Below, in pieces: positions 16,891 through 27,122 of a DNA stretch of 64,000 bases (position 1 is the stretch's first letter; every line of letters begins with the position of its first letter). The position numbers and the translations under genes are program-made. The notes beneath the pieces are model-generated. The model was given only the letters and a program-made list of their open reading frames with translations, searched no databases and had not been told where the DNA came from. This stretch comes from Gemmatimonadales bacterium UBA2960. GTDB lineage: Bacteria > Gemmatimonadota > Gemmatimonadetes > Longimicrobiales > Gaopeijiaceae. Location: the NCBI GenBank assembly GCA_002348465.1, contig DEBI01000134.1:375-64374 (forward strand). Direction: 5' to 3'.

Positions 16891-18420
16891 ATGACCATCA
16901 CTACAGCGGACACCAGAACAGAGCCCTCGTGGGCAAAAGTCATTGACCACACCCGGTGCATTGGGTGCCATGCTTGCACAACTGCGTGTAAGTCCGAGAA
17001 TGAGGTCCCACTGTCGGTGACACGTACGTACGTGAAGTACGTAGATACAGGTTACTTCCCCAACGTACGCAGATCTTTTCAGGTCACCCGCTGTAACCAA
17101 TGCGAGGATGCGCCGTGTGTTACAGCGTGCCCAACCGCGGCGATGCATGAGAGGGCGGACGGCATAGTCGACTTCGACAAGTCTATATGTATAGGCTGTA
17201 AGGCGTGTATCGCGGCGTGCCCTTACGATGCCATCTTTATTAACCCAGAGGATAAATCGGCCGAGAAGTGCAACTTCTGCGCTCACCGCTTGGACGTGGG
17301 GCTCGAGCCTGCATGTGTGGTGGTTTGTCCATCCGAGGCACTCCTCGTCGGTGACATGAACGATCCGTTGTCCAAGGTAAGTCAGATAGTGAATCGTGAA
17401 GCGGTTGCGGTGCGCAGGCCTGAAAAAGAGACACGTCCCAAGGTCTTTTATAAGGGAGCTGACCAGGTCACCCTGGATCCTCTCGCGGCGAGACGCCCTG
17501 ACGGGGGACTCTTTATGTGGAGTGAGCAGGGTGATGTTCCTCACCAAGTGCCTTCTGGCCACCCGGGCTCGCATAATTCTTCGGCCGCAGCTGTCCTAAG
17601 CTACGATGTGATTCACAGGGCTCCTTGGGACTGGCGGGTGAGTGCGTACACCTTCACGAAGTCGATAGCGGCAGGTGCATACCTCGTTCCACTTCTGCTT
17701 GGGTGGCTCGGCCTTTTGCCCTTCACCGGTGAACTTTGGGGTCTTCAGGCACCTTTTTTGGCCATGGTCGGGCTGATACTCACCGGTGGTCTACTGATCT
17801 GGGATCTTGAACACCCGGAGCGCTTCTGGATGGTGCTCCTAAAGCCACAGTGGAGAAGCTGGCTGGTTCGAGGAGGGTTTATCATCACCGGCTATGGTGG
17901 ACTTTTGGCTATTCATCTAGGAGTAACGCTTCTGGGTCGTGGAGATCTTACTCTGGCACTCGGTTGGGTAGGGGCACCTCTTGCCATCATGACGGCGATA
18001 TACACGGCATACCTATTTGCACAGGCGCGTGCTAGAGATCTATGGCAAAGCCCACTTCTGCCCGCTCACTTGCTTGTTCAAGCATTGGTTGCAGGCGCAG
18101 CTGTCATAATGTTGGTCTCAGGGAACCCTGGCCCTCCTGATTCCGTAAGCACCTTTTTCCGCCTCTCGCTCGGCGCCCATCTCGTGATGGCACTGGGCGA
18201 GGCATCGATGGGCCATCCAACAGCCCATGCCAAACTTGCTGCTCGCGCCATGACTAGGGGAGCATACGCTCACCTCTTTTGGGTTGCGATACCTCTTGGC
18301 TTGGTCGCACTAGCCTTCGCAACGTCAACACCGTTGATTTCGGCTGGCGCGGCGCTGGTCTCACTCTTTATGTACGAGCACGCCTTCGTCCAAGCGGGCC
18401 AGTCGGTCCCTCTAGCATGA
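16891..18420 (+). CDS. Fusion of a four-cluster 4Fe-4S ferredoxin subunit (DmsB/PsrB-like) to an NrfD/PsrC-type membrane anchor
   Basis: CIGCHACTTACKSEN, CNQCEDAPCVTACP, CIGCKACIAACP and CNFCAHRL..ACVVVCP make four Cys groups. About 300 aa of polytopic membrane domain follow. No RR signal at the N-terminus (MTITTADTRTEPSWAKVIDHTRC). Confidence 0.8.
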   Translation: MTITTADTRTEPSWAKVIDHTRCIGCHACTTACKSENEVPLSVTRTYVKYVDTGYFPNVRRSFQVTRCNQCEDAPCVTACPTAAMHERADGIVDFDKSICIGCKACIAACPYDAIFINPEDKSAEKCNFCAHRLDVGLEPACVVVCPSEALLVGDMNDPLSKVSQIVNREAVAVRRPEKETRPKVFYKGADQVTLDPLAARRPDGGLFMWSEQGDVPHQVPSGHPGSHNSSAAAVLSYDVIHRAPWDWRVSAYTFTKSIAAGAYLVPLLLGWLGLLPFTGELWGLQAPFLAMVGLILTGGLLIWDLEHPERFWMVLLKPQWRSWLVRGGFIITGYGGLLAIHLGVTLLGRGDLTLALGWVGAPLAIMTAIYTAYLFAQARARDLWQSPLLPAHLLVQALVAGAAVIMLVSGNPGPPDSVSTFFRLSLGAHLVMALGEASMGHPTAHAKLAARAMTRGAYAHLFWVAIPLGLVALAFATSTPLISAGAALVSLFMYEHAFVQAGQSVPLA

Positions 18421-21338
18421 CAAACGAAGAATTAAATCAGCGAGTGTCCGCCGCTCGAGAAGAAGTAGAAGCAAGGGGTGAGACATTTTATCCCGGGGCC
18501 AGTCGCGTTCACCTAGCGGCGTATCCACCCCGCGAGCGTTGGAATGATTGGGTTGAACTCGATTCGAAATCGTGGCCAGATCGAGTAGAGAAGCGATACA
18601 CACTTGTTCCGACGACATGTTTTAACTGCGAGTCGGCTTGCGGTCTTCTAGCCTACGTGGATCGTGAAACCCTTCAGGTGCGAAAATTTGAGGGCAATCC
18701 TGAGCATCCGGGTTCTCGTGGGCGCAACTGCGCAAAGGGCCCAGCGACGATCAACCAGATCACCGATCCTGACCGGATCCTCTATCCGCTTCGGCGAGCG
18801 GGCGCTCGAGGTGAGGGAAAGTGGGAAAGGGTGTCGTGGGATGAGGCCTTAGACGACATTGCCGCACGAATTCGATCCTGCATACAGGAAGATCGTCACG
18901 AGCAGGTGATGTACCATGTCGGCAGGCCTGGAGAAGATGGTTACACGACTCGTATGCTTGCCGCGTGGGGAGTCGATGGTCACAACTCGCATACTAACGT
19001 GTGCTCGAGTGGATCGAGAGCTGGTCACCACTGGTGGATGGGAATGGATCGCCCCAGTCCAGACCATGCGAACGCTAAGGTAATCCTGTTGGTGAGTAGT
19101 CACCTAGAGACAGGGCACTACTTCAATCCACATGCGCAACGCATTATCGAGGGTAAGAAGAACGGAGCTAAGCTCATCGTTCTCGATACTCGCCTTTCCA
19201 ACACCGCGACGCACGCTGACCATTGGTTGTCTCCTTATCCGGGCTCTGAGCCGGCCATATTTCTCGCGGTGGCGAACTGGATGATCCAGAACGGTCGATA
19301 CGACGAGAACTTTGTTCGGCGATGGTGGAACTGGCAGGATTACATGGAAATAGTGAAGGGCGAGCCTAGTGCCTCGTTCGAACGTTTCTTGGAGGTGCTA
19401 GGAGAGCTTTATGAGAGCTACACCTTCGACTTCGCTGCTGCCGAGTCCGGCCTTGAGGTCGAGACACTGCGAGAGGTAGCCGAGATGATTTCGTCGGCGG
19501 GAACGCAGTTGTCCGCCTATAACTGGAGGAGCGCTGGGTCAGGAAACTTGGGAGGTTGGCAGGTTGCGCGAACCATGACTCTCCTTGGTGCACTTATGGG
19601 TTCTCTTGCGACTGAGGGAGGAACGTTTCCGAATTCCTGGAACAAATTCACTCCAAAGCCTCCTAGGCTTCCTCACCAGCACCCTACTAGGTGGAACGAT
19701 GTTTTGTGGCCGGACGAGTACCCGCTGGCGTTGATGGAAATGTCGTTCCTGATGCCGTACTTGATGGAAGACCAAGACGCGTTTGTTGATGTGTATTTCA
19801 CTCGGGTTTACAACCCCGTTTGGACCAATCCGGATGGATTCAGTTGGATCGAGATGCTGAGGAACGAGTCGCGGATTGGGCAACACATTGCGATGACACC
19901 GACATGGAACGAGACGGCGTATTTTGCCGACTATGTGCTCCCAATGGGGCACTCATCGGAGAGACATGATTTGACGTCTTATGAACAGTATGACGGGCAA
20001 TGGATTGGCTTCCGGCAACCTGTGCTTCGTGCAGCTCGTGAGCGTTTAGGTGAGCAGATTAACGACACCCGCGATGTAAATCCGGGCGAGGTGTGGGAGG
20101 AGAACGAGTTCTGGATTGAGCTGACGTGGCGTGTGGATCCCGATGGGTCTCTGGGGATTCGGAAGTTTTTCGAATCTGTTAAAGATCCGGGCCAAAAGAT
20201 GACGGTCGACGAGTACTATTCGTGGATCTTCGAAAACTCAGTTCCGGGACTACCGGATGCTGCTGCGGCTGAGGGTATCACACCGTTTGAGTACATGCGT
20301 CGCTACGGTGCATTTGAAGTTGCGAGTAAGGTCGGTAAGGTATTCGAGCAGCCGGTTGCAGATGCAGAGTTAGAGGATGTCCGTGTGGATAAAGCTGGTC
20401 GTGTTTTCACTCGTGCACCAATTCCTCCGAGCCCCAAGGCGCCGGGTGGGACGAAGATCGACCCAGATAAAGAAGGGCGTCGTCGTGTTGGCGTTCGCGT
20501 AGATGGAGAGATCGTAAAAGGGTGGCCTACTCCTTCCGGTAAGCTGGAATTTTGGTCGCGTACTCTGCACGAATGGGGTTGGCCTGAACTTGCGACGCCG
20601 ACGTACGTGAAGAGTCATGTTCACCAACAGAATCTCGACTCGGATCAGATCCCGCTGATTACTACGTTTAGGGTCCCTGTCCAGATTCATACGCGAAGCG
20701 CCAATGCAAAGTGGCTCGATGAAATCGCCCACACGAACCCGCTATGGATACACCCCCAAGACGCGGCGCGGGTAGGGATCGAAAAGACTGGAGATCTTGT
20801 TCGTGTTGAGACAGAAATAGGGTATTTCGTGCTCAAGGCGTGGATTACGGAAGGGATCAGACCAGGTGTAGCAGCGTGCAGTCACCATATGGGTCGTTGG
20901 AAGCCGGAGGGGCACGAGGGCCAACGCATAGGAATGATGACGGTTGCCATTGACCAGGATGGTTCAGAGTGGGGACTCACGCGTAAGAAAGGAGGAGGGG
21001 CGTTTAAGTCCAGTGATCCAGACACTCTTCGCGTATGGTGGACTGACGTCGGAGTGCATCAGAACCTAACCCACCCTGTACATCCTGATCCCATCTCTGG
21101 GATGCACTGTTGGCATCAGGCTGTAAGGATTAAACCTGCTCAGCCTGGAGATTCTTTCGGAGACGTGTCGGTGGACACGTCCAAATCACGTGCCGTTTAC
21201 GACAAGTGGCTCGAAATGACTCGCTCCGCCTCCGAGCACTCACCGAATGGTACTAGACGCCCTTGGTGGATGCTGAGGCCGGTTAGGCCCGAGCGCGCCG
21301 CATATGACTTGCCAGAGCCTGAGCTGAGCGGTGCCTAA
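18417..21338 (+). CDS. Mo/W-bis-PGD (DMSO reductase superfamily) catalytic subunit without a Tat signal
   Basis: The ATG at 18417 overlaps the upstream TGA (atga); the track start at 18279 lies inside the NrfD gene. The FS0 motif is TTCFNCESACGLLAY...RNCAKG. About 970 aa. The N-terminus MTNEELNQRVSAAREEVEARGETFYPG lacks RRxFLK. Confidence 0.85.
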   Translation: MTNEELNQRVSAAREEVEARGETFYPGASRVHLAAYPPRERWNDWVELDSKSWPDRVEKRYTLVPTTCFNCESACGLLAYVDRETLQVRKFEGNPEHPGSRGRNCAKGPATINQITDPDRILYPLRRAGARGEGKWERVSWDEALDDIAARIRSCIQEDRHEQVMYHVGRPGEDGYTTRMLAAWGVDGHNSHTNVCSSGSRAGHHWWMGMDRPSPDHANAKVILLVSSHLETGHYFNPHAQRIIEGKKNGAKLIVLDTRLSNTATHADHWLSPYPGSEPAIFLAVANWMIQNGRYDENFVRRWWNWQDYMEIVKGEPSASFERFLEVLGELYESYTFDFAAAESGLEVETLREVAEMISSAGTQLSAYNWRSAGSGNLGGWQVARTMTLLGALMGSLATEGGTFPNSWNKFTPKPPRLPHQHPTRWNDVLWPDEYPLALMEMSFLMPYLMEDQDAFVDVYFTRVYNPVWTNPDGFSWIEMLRNESRIGQHIAMTPTWNETAYFADYVLPMGHSSERHDLTSYEQYDGQWIGFRQPVLRAARERLGEQINDTRDVNPGEVWEENEFWIELTWRVDPDGSLGIRKFFESVKDPGQKMTVDEYYSWIFENSVPGLPDAAAAEGITPFEYMRRYGAFEVASKVGKVFEQPVADAELEDVRVDKAGRVFTRAPIPPSPKAPGGTKIDPDKEGRRRVGVRVDGEIVKGWPTPSGKLEFWSRTLHEWGWPELATPTYVKSHVHQQNLDSDQIPLITTFRVPVQIHTRSANAKWLDEIAHTNPLWIHPQDAARVGIEKTGDLVRVETEIGYFVLKAWITEGIRPGVAACSHHMGRWKPEGHEGQRIGMMTVAIDQDGSEWGLTRKKGGGAFKSSDPDTLRVWWTDVGVHQNLTHPVHPDPISGMHCWHQAVRIKPAQPGDSFGDVSVDTSKSRAVYDKWLEMTRSASEHSPNGTRRPWWMLRPVRPERAAYDLPEPELSGA

Positions 21339-22245
21339 GGCAGCACCTCCTGCACCGGTCCAAGCAGTAAGGGGGCTCGCGGTTATAGCAGAATCTCCGG
21401 GTGACGAACACGCTGCAATCGCCTGCGCACTGGGACTCGAGTCGGTTCCATCGTCGGCGGATTACTCGGACCTGTTTCTTTTTCAGCTTTATCCGTATGC
21501 ATCGGTTTACCTCGGCCCGGAGGGAATGATTGGCGGTACAGCCCGTGATCGCATCGCCGGCTTTTGGCATGCCGTAGGCCTGCGCCCACCCAAAGAACCC
21601 GATCACTTGGCCTCATTGTTAGGTCTTTATGCATCACTCATTGAGCGGGCCGAGTCAGGAGAATCGGAAGCTGAAGAGTTGCTCTCGTTTCAGGCAGCCC
21701 GGACACTTTTGCTGGAACATCTTTGCCCGTGGGTATTCGCATGGCTAGACAGGATGCAGGAACTCTCCTCTGGGTTCTATGCGTCGTGGGCTTTGTTGCT
21801 CAAAAGATGTCTTATGGAGGAACTGTCAGGAGAAGGTTCGAGTCGGTGTGCCGATGACGCAGTGGACTCTGGTGTCGTCTCTTTGCAACATCTGAGAGAT
21901 ATCCCATCACTTCCTGACCCGCGCAGTGATGGTTCTGAGAGCTTCATCAAAGGTCTGCTAGCATCGATTAGCAGTGGAATGATCATTACGCGTGCGGATC
22001 TTGGGCGGATCGCTCGCTCCCTTGATTTAGGGCTGCGAGCCGGTGAGCGTCGATATGCACTCGAGCATCTGATTGCTCAAGACGCCAAGGGTACCTTGAG
22101 GGCTTTGGTGTCCGAAGCTCATCGTCAGGGGGATATCCACAAACATCGCATTAAGTGGCTGGGGGAGTCTTCAGAGCACCTTTCTCGTCGATGTTACTCT
22201 ACTGCAGCATTACTTGATGAGTTGGCTCAGGAAGACCTGAGATGA
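21331..22245 (+). CDS. TorD/NarJ/DmsD-family redox-enzyme maturation chaperone with a C-terminal extension
   Basis: ADYSDLFLFQLYPYASVYLGPEG...FWHAVGLRPPKEPDHLASLLGLYASL matches the family pattern Y..LF....PYeSvY...PDHl..eL. The GTG start overlaps the catalytic gene by 8 nt. Confidence 0.7.
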   Translation: MPKAAPPAPVQAVRGLAVIAESPGDEHAAIACALGLESVPSSADYSDLFLFQLYPYASVYLGPEGMIGGTARDRIAGFWHAVGLRPPKEPDHLASLLGLYASLIERAESGESEAEELLSFQAARTLLLEHLCPWVFAWLDRMQELSSGFYASWALLLKRCLMEELSGEGSSRCADDAVDSGVVSLQHLRDIPSLPDPRSDGSESFIKGLLASISSGMIITRADLGRIARSLDLGLRAGERRYALEHLIAQDAKGTLRALVSEAHRQGDIHKHRIKWLGESSEHLSRRCYSTAALLDELAQEDLR

Positions 22246-23780
22246 AATCGACTCCGCCGTCGCGACTGTCAGGGTCGGATGTGATTGCTGGGCTAAGTGT
22301 AGCGCTCGTTTTGATTCCTCAGTCGATGGCTTATGCTGAGTTGGCGGGTCTGCCACCCCATCACGGGCTATACGCCGCCGGCCTTCCGCTTATCGCTGCG
22401 GCATTCCTCGCTTCTTCTCCATACCTCCAGACGGGTCCGGTAGCACTCACCGGCTTACTTACCCTTGGTGCATTGCTTCCGCTCGCTCCTTCGGGCACAG
22501 CCGAATACGCTAAGCTCGCGGCTCTTTTGGCCCTTGTTGTTGGAGTAGCTCGTCTTCTAGTAGGAATGCTGAAGGCGGGTTGGGTCGTATACCTAATGTC
22601 GCACTCAATGATGACTGGATTCCTCTCGGCTGCGGCTATCCTGATCGTTTCCTCTCAGATCCCGGGTGCGTTGGGAGGTGTGGTACCTCTAGAACTCGGG
22701 CTTTTGCCACGAGCCTGGCATGGTTTAACGCATCCAGAAAACTGGGAGGTGGCTTCAATAGCACTGACATCGATTACGATCGGAACGATTGTAATGGCCG
22801 CAAGAATTCATCCACTGGTACCCGGAATCTTAATAGCATCGGTAGCGGGGCTTGGATTCTCCCTGGTGACAGGCTATACGGGGGCAACGGTTGGGGAGAT
22901 TCCGTCAGGCTTCCCAATCCTGTCGATGGATCTTCCTTGGGATATGCTTCCAGCCTTAATCGTCCCTGGGCTTGTGATTTCGGTGATCGGCTTCGCTGAA
23001 GGTGTATCGATTTCTAGGGTCTTAGCATCGGAAGACCGCCAACATTGGGATGCTGATAGGGAATTCCTATCCAAAGGAATGGCGAATGTGGTAGCTGCGG
23101 TTATCGGTGGGCTACCTGTCGGTGGTTCTCTCTCTCGCACGAGTCTGAACCGTCTGGCAGGAGCACAGAGCCGTTGGTCCGGTCTCGTCACCGGCATAGC
23201 TGTCATGGCCTTCCTACCGATCGCCCCCGTGCTATCGGCACTACCTAGAGCTGTGCTATCAGGGATCGTTATTGCTGCCATCTGGAAGTTGGTTCGGCCC
23301 CAGGAGATAATTCACATTGTGAAAACTTCTGTGCCTCAAGGGATGGTCGCTTTTGTGACCTTTTTCGGGACTCTCGTGATGGCACCTCACATAGATCGAG
23401 CGATTCTGCTTGGCGTTGCGATGTCGGCAGCTGTGCACTTGTGGAGGGAGCTTACACCCACCGTTGTATCCTCCCGTCAGGGGAACCAACTCATTGTCGA
23501 CCTTTCAGGTGTCCTTTGGTTTGGTTCAGCCGCAGCTCTAGAGAACCAGCTGTTTGAGCAATTGGCCGACGAGCCTGACGTCAACAAGGTAGTGTTGCGT
23601 TGCTCGGGCCTAGGGCGAATCGACTTTTCTGGAGCGAATGTGCTCCATGAGATGGTTGATCATGCGGGGCGGGCTAATATCGAGCTAACCATTGAGGACG
23701 TGCCTGCTCACGCGCGCCGGCTACTGTCGGAAGTTGGACTTTTGACCTTGTCCGAAACAAGGTCTACTCAGGATACTTAG
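22242..23780 (+). CDS. SulP-family anion transporter with a C-terminal STAS domain
   Basis: DVIAGLSVALVLIPQSMAYAELAGLPPHHGLYAA is the SulP N-terminal signature. It has multiple TM segments and a STAS-like C-terminus (VVLRCSGLGRIDFSGANVLHEM). Its ATG overlaps the chaperone TGA (atga). Confidence 0.9.
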   Translation: MKSTPPSRLSGSDVIAGLSVALVLIPQSMAYAELAGLPPHHGLYAAGLPLIAAAFLASSPYLQTGPVALTGLLTLGALLPLAPSGTAEYAKLAALLALVVGVARLLVGMLKAGWVVYLMSHSMMTGFLSAAAILIVSSQIPGALGGVVPLELGLLPRAWHGLTHPENWEVASIALTSITIGTIVMAARIHPLVPGILIASVAGLGFSLVTGYTGATVGEIPSGFPILSMDLPWDMLPALIVPGLVISVIGFAEGVSISRVLASEDRQHWDADREFLSKGMANVVAAVIGGLPVGGSLSRTSLNRLAGAQSRWSGLVTGIAVMAFLPIAPVLSALPRAVLSGIVIAAIWKLVRPQEIIHIVKTSVPQGMVAFVTFFGTLVMAPHIDRAILLGVAMSAAVHLWRELTPTVVSSRQGNQLIVDLSGVLWFGSAAALENQLFEQLADEPDVNKVVLRCSGLGRIDFSGANVLHEMVDHAGRANIELTIEDVPAHARRLLSEVGLLTLSETRSTQDT

Positions 23781-23869
23781 TTTAAATCAGCGTAGCTTCA
23801 TACCTGGGTGGATCGTCGTTTTGCGAGGTGGGCTAGAGTACCCCCGATGGACTTAAGTGGAGACATGAA

Positions 23870-24154
23870 ATGTTCGACTTGATTGCTACTGTGATTGCAG
23901 GCGCCGCAGGTGTCTTGGTTCACATGAAGTCACGGTATTTCGTAAGGCAGAAGCTGCGGTATACGTCTATTGTGGATAAGCCGATGCTAGGCGTTTGGTT
24001 TGGGATAGGTACTACGATCGTGGTCGCCCCGATCGTGGCTGTACTCCCGATAGTGGGTGCTGGCACTGCTATCGCCGTAGGTATAGGTGTGGGAACGGGA
24101 GTAGCCATGGGAGTTAAGGATTCCAAGCGATCGACTAAGCTTCTAGAAGACTGA
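23870..24154 (+). CDS. Small Gly/Ala/Val-rich membrane protein (94 aa), hypothetical
   Basis: ggaga 6 nt upstream of the ATG. Two hydrophobic segments with glycine-zipper-like GAGTAIAVGIGVGTGVAMG. Confidence 0.4.
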   Translation: MFDLIATVIAGAAGVLVHMKSRYFVRQKLRYTSIVDKPMLGVWFGIGTTIVVAPIVAVLPIVGAGTAIAVGIGVGTGVAMGVKDSKRSTKLLED

Positions 24155-24188
24155 TCTCAATCAAAAGTGGCTTGGGGATTGAGGATCA
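24152..24188. terminator. Hairpin between convergent genes that includes both stop codons
   Basis: tgatctcaatc (24152-24162) pairs with gattgaggatca (24177-24188) with a one-base bulge, 14-nt loop. No clear T-run. Confidence 0.35.
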
Positions 24189-25541
24189 GTTAATTGTCGA
24201 TGTAGGCTCTGTGATCGCCGAGTATATGAGGACGCGTAAGCGCTGGTGGTCGTCGAGTTCGTTCGCAGGAATGACTTGCGTGAAGTAGAGCACTATCAGG
24301 TTTTCGGTGGGGTCCACCCAATAGGTGGAATGGTAGGCGCCACCCCAGCCGTACTCTCCCTCTGATCCGGGTACCCCAGCGGCCCCTACGTCGAGTCTTA
24401 CCGAGAACCCGAGCCCGAATCCCATCCCCGGTTCGTCGATGTATAGATCCCCCACGTGATTTTTCGTCATTAGACTGACACTTGACGGGGAGAGTACCCG
24501 AGTTCCGTTCAACTGACCCTCGTTCAACAGCATTTGAAGGAAGCGGCTATAGTCCCTGGCAGTGGACAGCAGACCTGCGCCACCTGAAAAACTTCTTCTG
24601 GGGCCTTCGACGTATTGTCCTTGGGTTTCCATCGCGGAGCCTTCAGGCGCCCGGCGCAGTTTGTCGGTAAGGCTGTAGACTGTAGCGAGTCGCTCTTTTT
24701 TCTCAATTGGTAGATAGAAATGAGTGTCGTGCATTCCTAGTGGCTCGAAGATTCGGTTTTTCAAAAATTCATCTAGGCTCCTCCCAGATATGACTTCAAC
24801 GACCGCCCCTAGTATGTCGGTACTATATCCGTATACGAATCTCTCTCCTGGTTGGGCTTGAAACGGCAGTGTCGCCATCAGGTTTACCGTTTCGATCATG
24901 GGTTCATTTCTGTGAGCGAAGTACCATCCGGTGATCCCGGCTTTATGCCAGGCCTCGCCTCCAGGATCCCAACCGTACCCGATACCAGCGGTATGTGTGA
25001 GCAGGTCTCTGACCGTTATCGGGCGTCTCGCCGCTACGATTTGATATCCGTCATTGTAGGCTTCTGCGACCGTTGTGGCCTCGAGTGACGGGATGTACTT
25101 AGATACAGGATCAGAGATCAGAAGATCGCCGTCTTCTTGGAGCATCATTATTGCAACGCTCACCAGTGCCTTTGTTTGCGACGCTATCCGGAAAATGACG
25201 TCTTGACCCATGGGCACATCAGCTTCGATGTCGAGCTTTCCAACAGCTTCGTGGTATACGACTCGCCCGTCGCGAAGCACCATAGCCACCGCACCCGGAA
25301 TACGGTTGGTGTTCACGTATTCTTGCAGCGCTCCAGTGAGTCGGTCAAGCCGGGACGAAGACATGCCAACTTCCTCCGGCAGCGCAGTCGGTAGTTCCTG
25401 GGCGGATACTGAGATTGGCGTTCCGGATGCAACTCCCAGTATTGCTATAACAAGCAGCAAGAAAGCAGCTAGGGTGCGGGTTCGTCGGTCAACTGGATCG
25501 AGATAAGAAAAGTGGCGAGCGCACAAAGGGATGGTGAGCAT
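24186..25541 (-). CDS. Serine hydrolase, beta-lactamase/PBP (class C-like) family, secreted
   Basis: FRIASQTKAL carries the S-x-x-K motif. N-terminal hydrophobic signal/anchor (LAAFLLLVIAILGVASG). The length and YGWGGAY-type C-terminal block fit the family. Confidence 0.85.
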   Translation of the reverse strand: MLTIPLCARHFSYLDPVDRRTRTLAAFLLLVIAILGVASGTPISVSAQELPTALPEEVGMSSSRLDRLTGALQEYVNTNRIPGAVAMVLRDGRVVYHEAVGKLDIEADVPMGQDVIFRIASQTKALVSVAIMMLQEDGDLLISDPVSKYIPSLEATTVAEAYNDGYQIVAARRPITVRDLLTHTAGIGYGWDPGGEAWHKAGITGWYFAHRNEPMIETVNLMATLPFQAQPGERFVYGYSTDILGAVVEVISGRSLDEFLKNRIFEPLGMHDTHFYLPIEKKERLATVYSLTDKLRRAPEGSAMETQGQYVEGPRRSFSGGAGLLSTARDYSRFLQMLLNEGQLNGTRVLSPSSVSLMTKNHVGDLYIDEPGMGFGLGFSVRLDVGAAGVPGSEGEYGWGGAYHSTYWVDPTENLIVLYFTQVIPANELDDHQRLRVLIYSAITEPTSTIN

Positions 25542-25706
25542 ATGGGGTCAGGATAGTGTGGCGGACTGAGTTGGTTTCTTAAGATTGCGAATTGTGGGTC
25601 AATTGTGCGCCATAGCAATAGATGCTTGAGCCTAGCTTGATGACACGACACGTTGTTGATAGACGTCAGGCCATATTGTGGACTACGACAACTTTTGAGG
25701 CTTTGT

Positions 25707-27122
25707 ATGAGCGATGTACCTCGAAGCATTTCTATAGATAGACGACAACTCCTAAGAGTGGGGGCAGCCAGTGTTGGCGCGGCCGGATTAGGCCTAGGTG
25801 GTTTTGGAGGCCTGACGGATCTTTCTGCAGATGAGGTGGCTCGGCTTCAAGAGCGCCCACATCTTGGTCCGGCTCCAGCCAAGTTGTTTGCTGCGGACCC
25901 GATTGAAGTGGTTCGCGTCGGGTTTGTGGGCGTAGGGCTCCAGGGAGGGGCCCATGTTCAAAATTTCTTGCGTATAGACGGGGTGGAGATCGTCTCTGTG
26001 GGGGACATCAACAGAGCGCGTGCGGAGGAAGTCGCAGGATGGGTTGAGGCGGATGGTCGGCCTAGTCCGACGCTTTACACCAGAGATGAATGGGACTTCG
26101 TTCGGATGTGTGAGGAAGAGGACTTGGACCTCGTTTTCACGTCTACACCCTGGGAGTGGCATGTGCCCGTTTGCCTTTCTGCCATGGAAAATGGGAAGCA
26201 CGCGGCGACGGAGGTGCCGGCTGCCTACACGGTAGAGGACTGTTGGAAGCTCGTTGAGTACGCCGAGAAGTACCAGAAACACTGTGTAATGATGGAGAAT
26301 TGCAACTACGATCGTCCAGAGATGATGGTGTTCCGGATGGCACGCCTAGGTTTGTTCGGAGAGCTTCTTCACGCTGAATGCGGTTATTTACATGATCTTC
26401 GAGCGATAAAATTCGAGGATAAAGACGAAGGGCTCTGGCGCAGGGCTCATGCCATGGTTCGGGACGGGAATTTCTACCCAACACATGGACTTGGGCCCGT
26501 GGCAAACGTCTTAGACATCAACCGGGGAGATCAACTCGACTACCTCGTGTCGATGAGCACACCTTCTCGAGGGTTGCAGAAATGGCAGCGTGAACACGTG
26601 CCTCCCGGTGATTCAAAGCGGGCCGAGCAATACATTCAGGGGGATGTAAATACAACGATGATTAAGACGCTGCACGGGAAGACCATCTATGTGAGTCACG
26701 ACACAAATCTACCTAGGCCCTACTCCCGCATTCATATGGTCCAAGGCACTCAAGGTTTATTCCATGGATATCCGCATCGCGTTCATATTGAGGGGATCAG
26801 CCCAGACCACCAGTGGGAGGATTGGATGAATCTTCGGGATGAGTACGATCACCCCATCTGGACCGAACTCGAAGAGCGCTCCGCGGGTGCTGGACATGGA
26901 GGTATGGATTACATCGAAGACTACCAACTGGTGAGAGCACTGCGTGAGGGTAAGCCGACTGATATGAATGTGTACGATGCTGCCATGCTTTCGGTTATCT
27001 GTCCTCTTACGGAATGGTCTGTGGCGAACCGCTCGCAGCCAGTTGATGTGCCAGACTTTACCCGAGGCCGGTGGGCAGAGTGGCCGCGCCTCGAATTCTT
27101 GGGGGCACCTGTAGTCGAGTGA
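25707..27122 (+). CDS. Gfo/Idh/MocA-fold NAD-dependent enzyme with a Tat signal (GH109-like glycosidase/oxidoreductase)
   Basis: The ATG at 25707 gives MSDVPRSISIDRRQLLRVGAASVGAAGLGLG. The Rossmann block is VRVGFVGVGLQGGAHVQNF. The overall layout resembles GH109 alpha-N-acetylgalactosaminidase-type proteins. Confidence 0.75.
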   Translation: MSDVPRSISIDRRQLLRVGAASVGAAGLGLGGFGGLTDLSADEVARLQERPHLGPAPAKLFAADPIEVVRVGFVGVGLQGGAHVQNFLRIDGVEIVSVGDINRARAEEVAGWVEADGRPSPTLYTRDEWDFVRMCEEEDLDLVFTSTPWEWHVPVCLSAMENGKHAATEVPAAYTVEDCWKLVEYAEKYQKHCVMMENCNYDRPEMMVFRMARLGLFGELLHAECGYLHDLRAIKFEDKDEGLWRRAHAMVRDGNFYPTHGLGPVANVLDINRGDQLDYLVSMSTPSRGLQKWQREHVPPGDSKRAEQYIQGDVNTTMIKTLHGKTIYVSHDTNLPRPYSRIHMVQGTQGLFHGYPHRVHIEGISPDHQWEDWMNLRDEYDHPIWTELEERSAGAGHGGMDYIEDYQLVRALREGKPTDMNVYDAAMLSVICPLTEWSVANRSQPVDVPDFTRGRWAEWPRLEFLGAPVVE

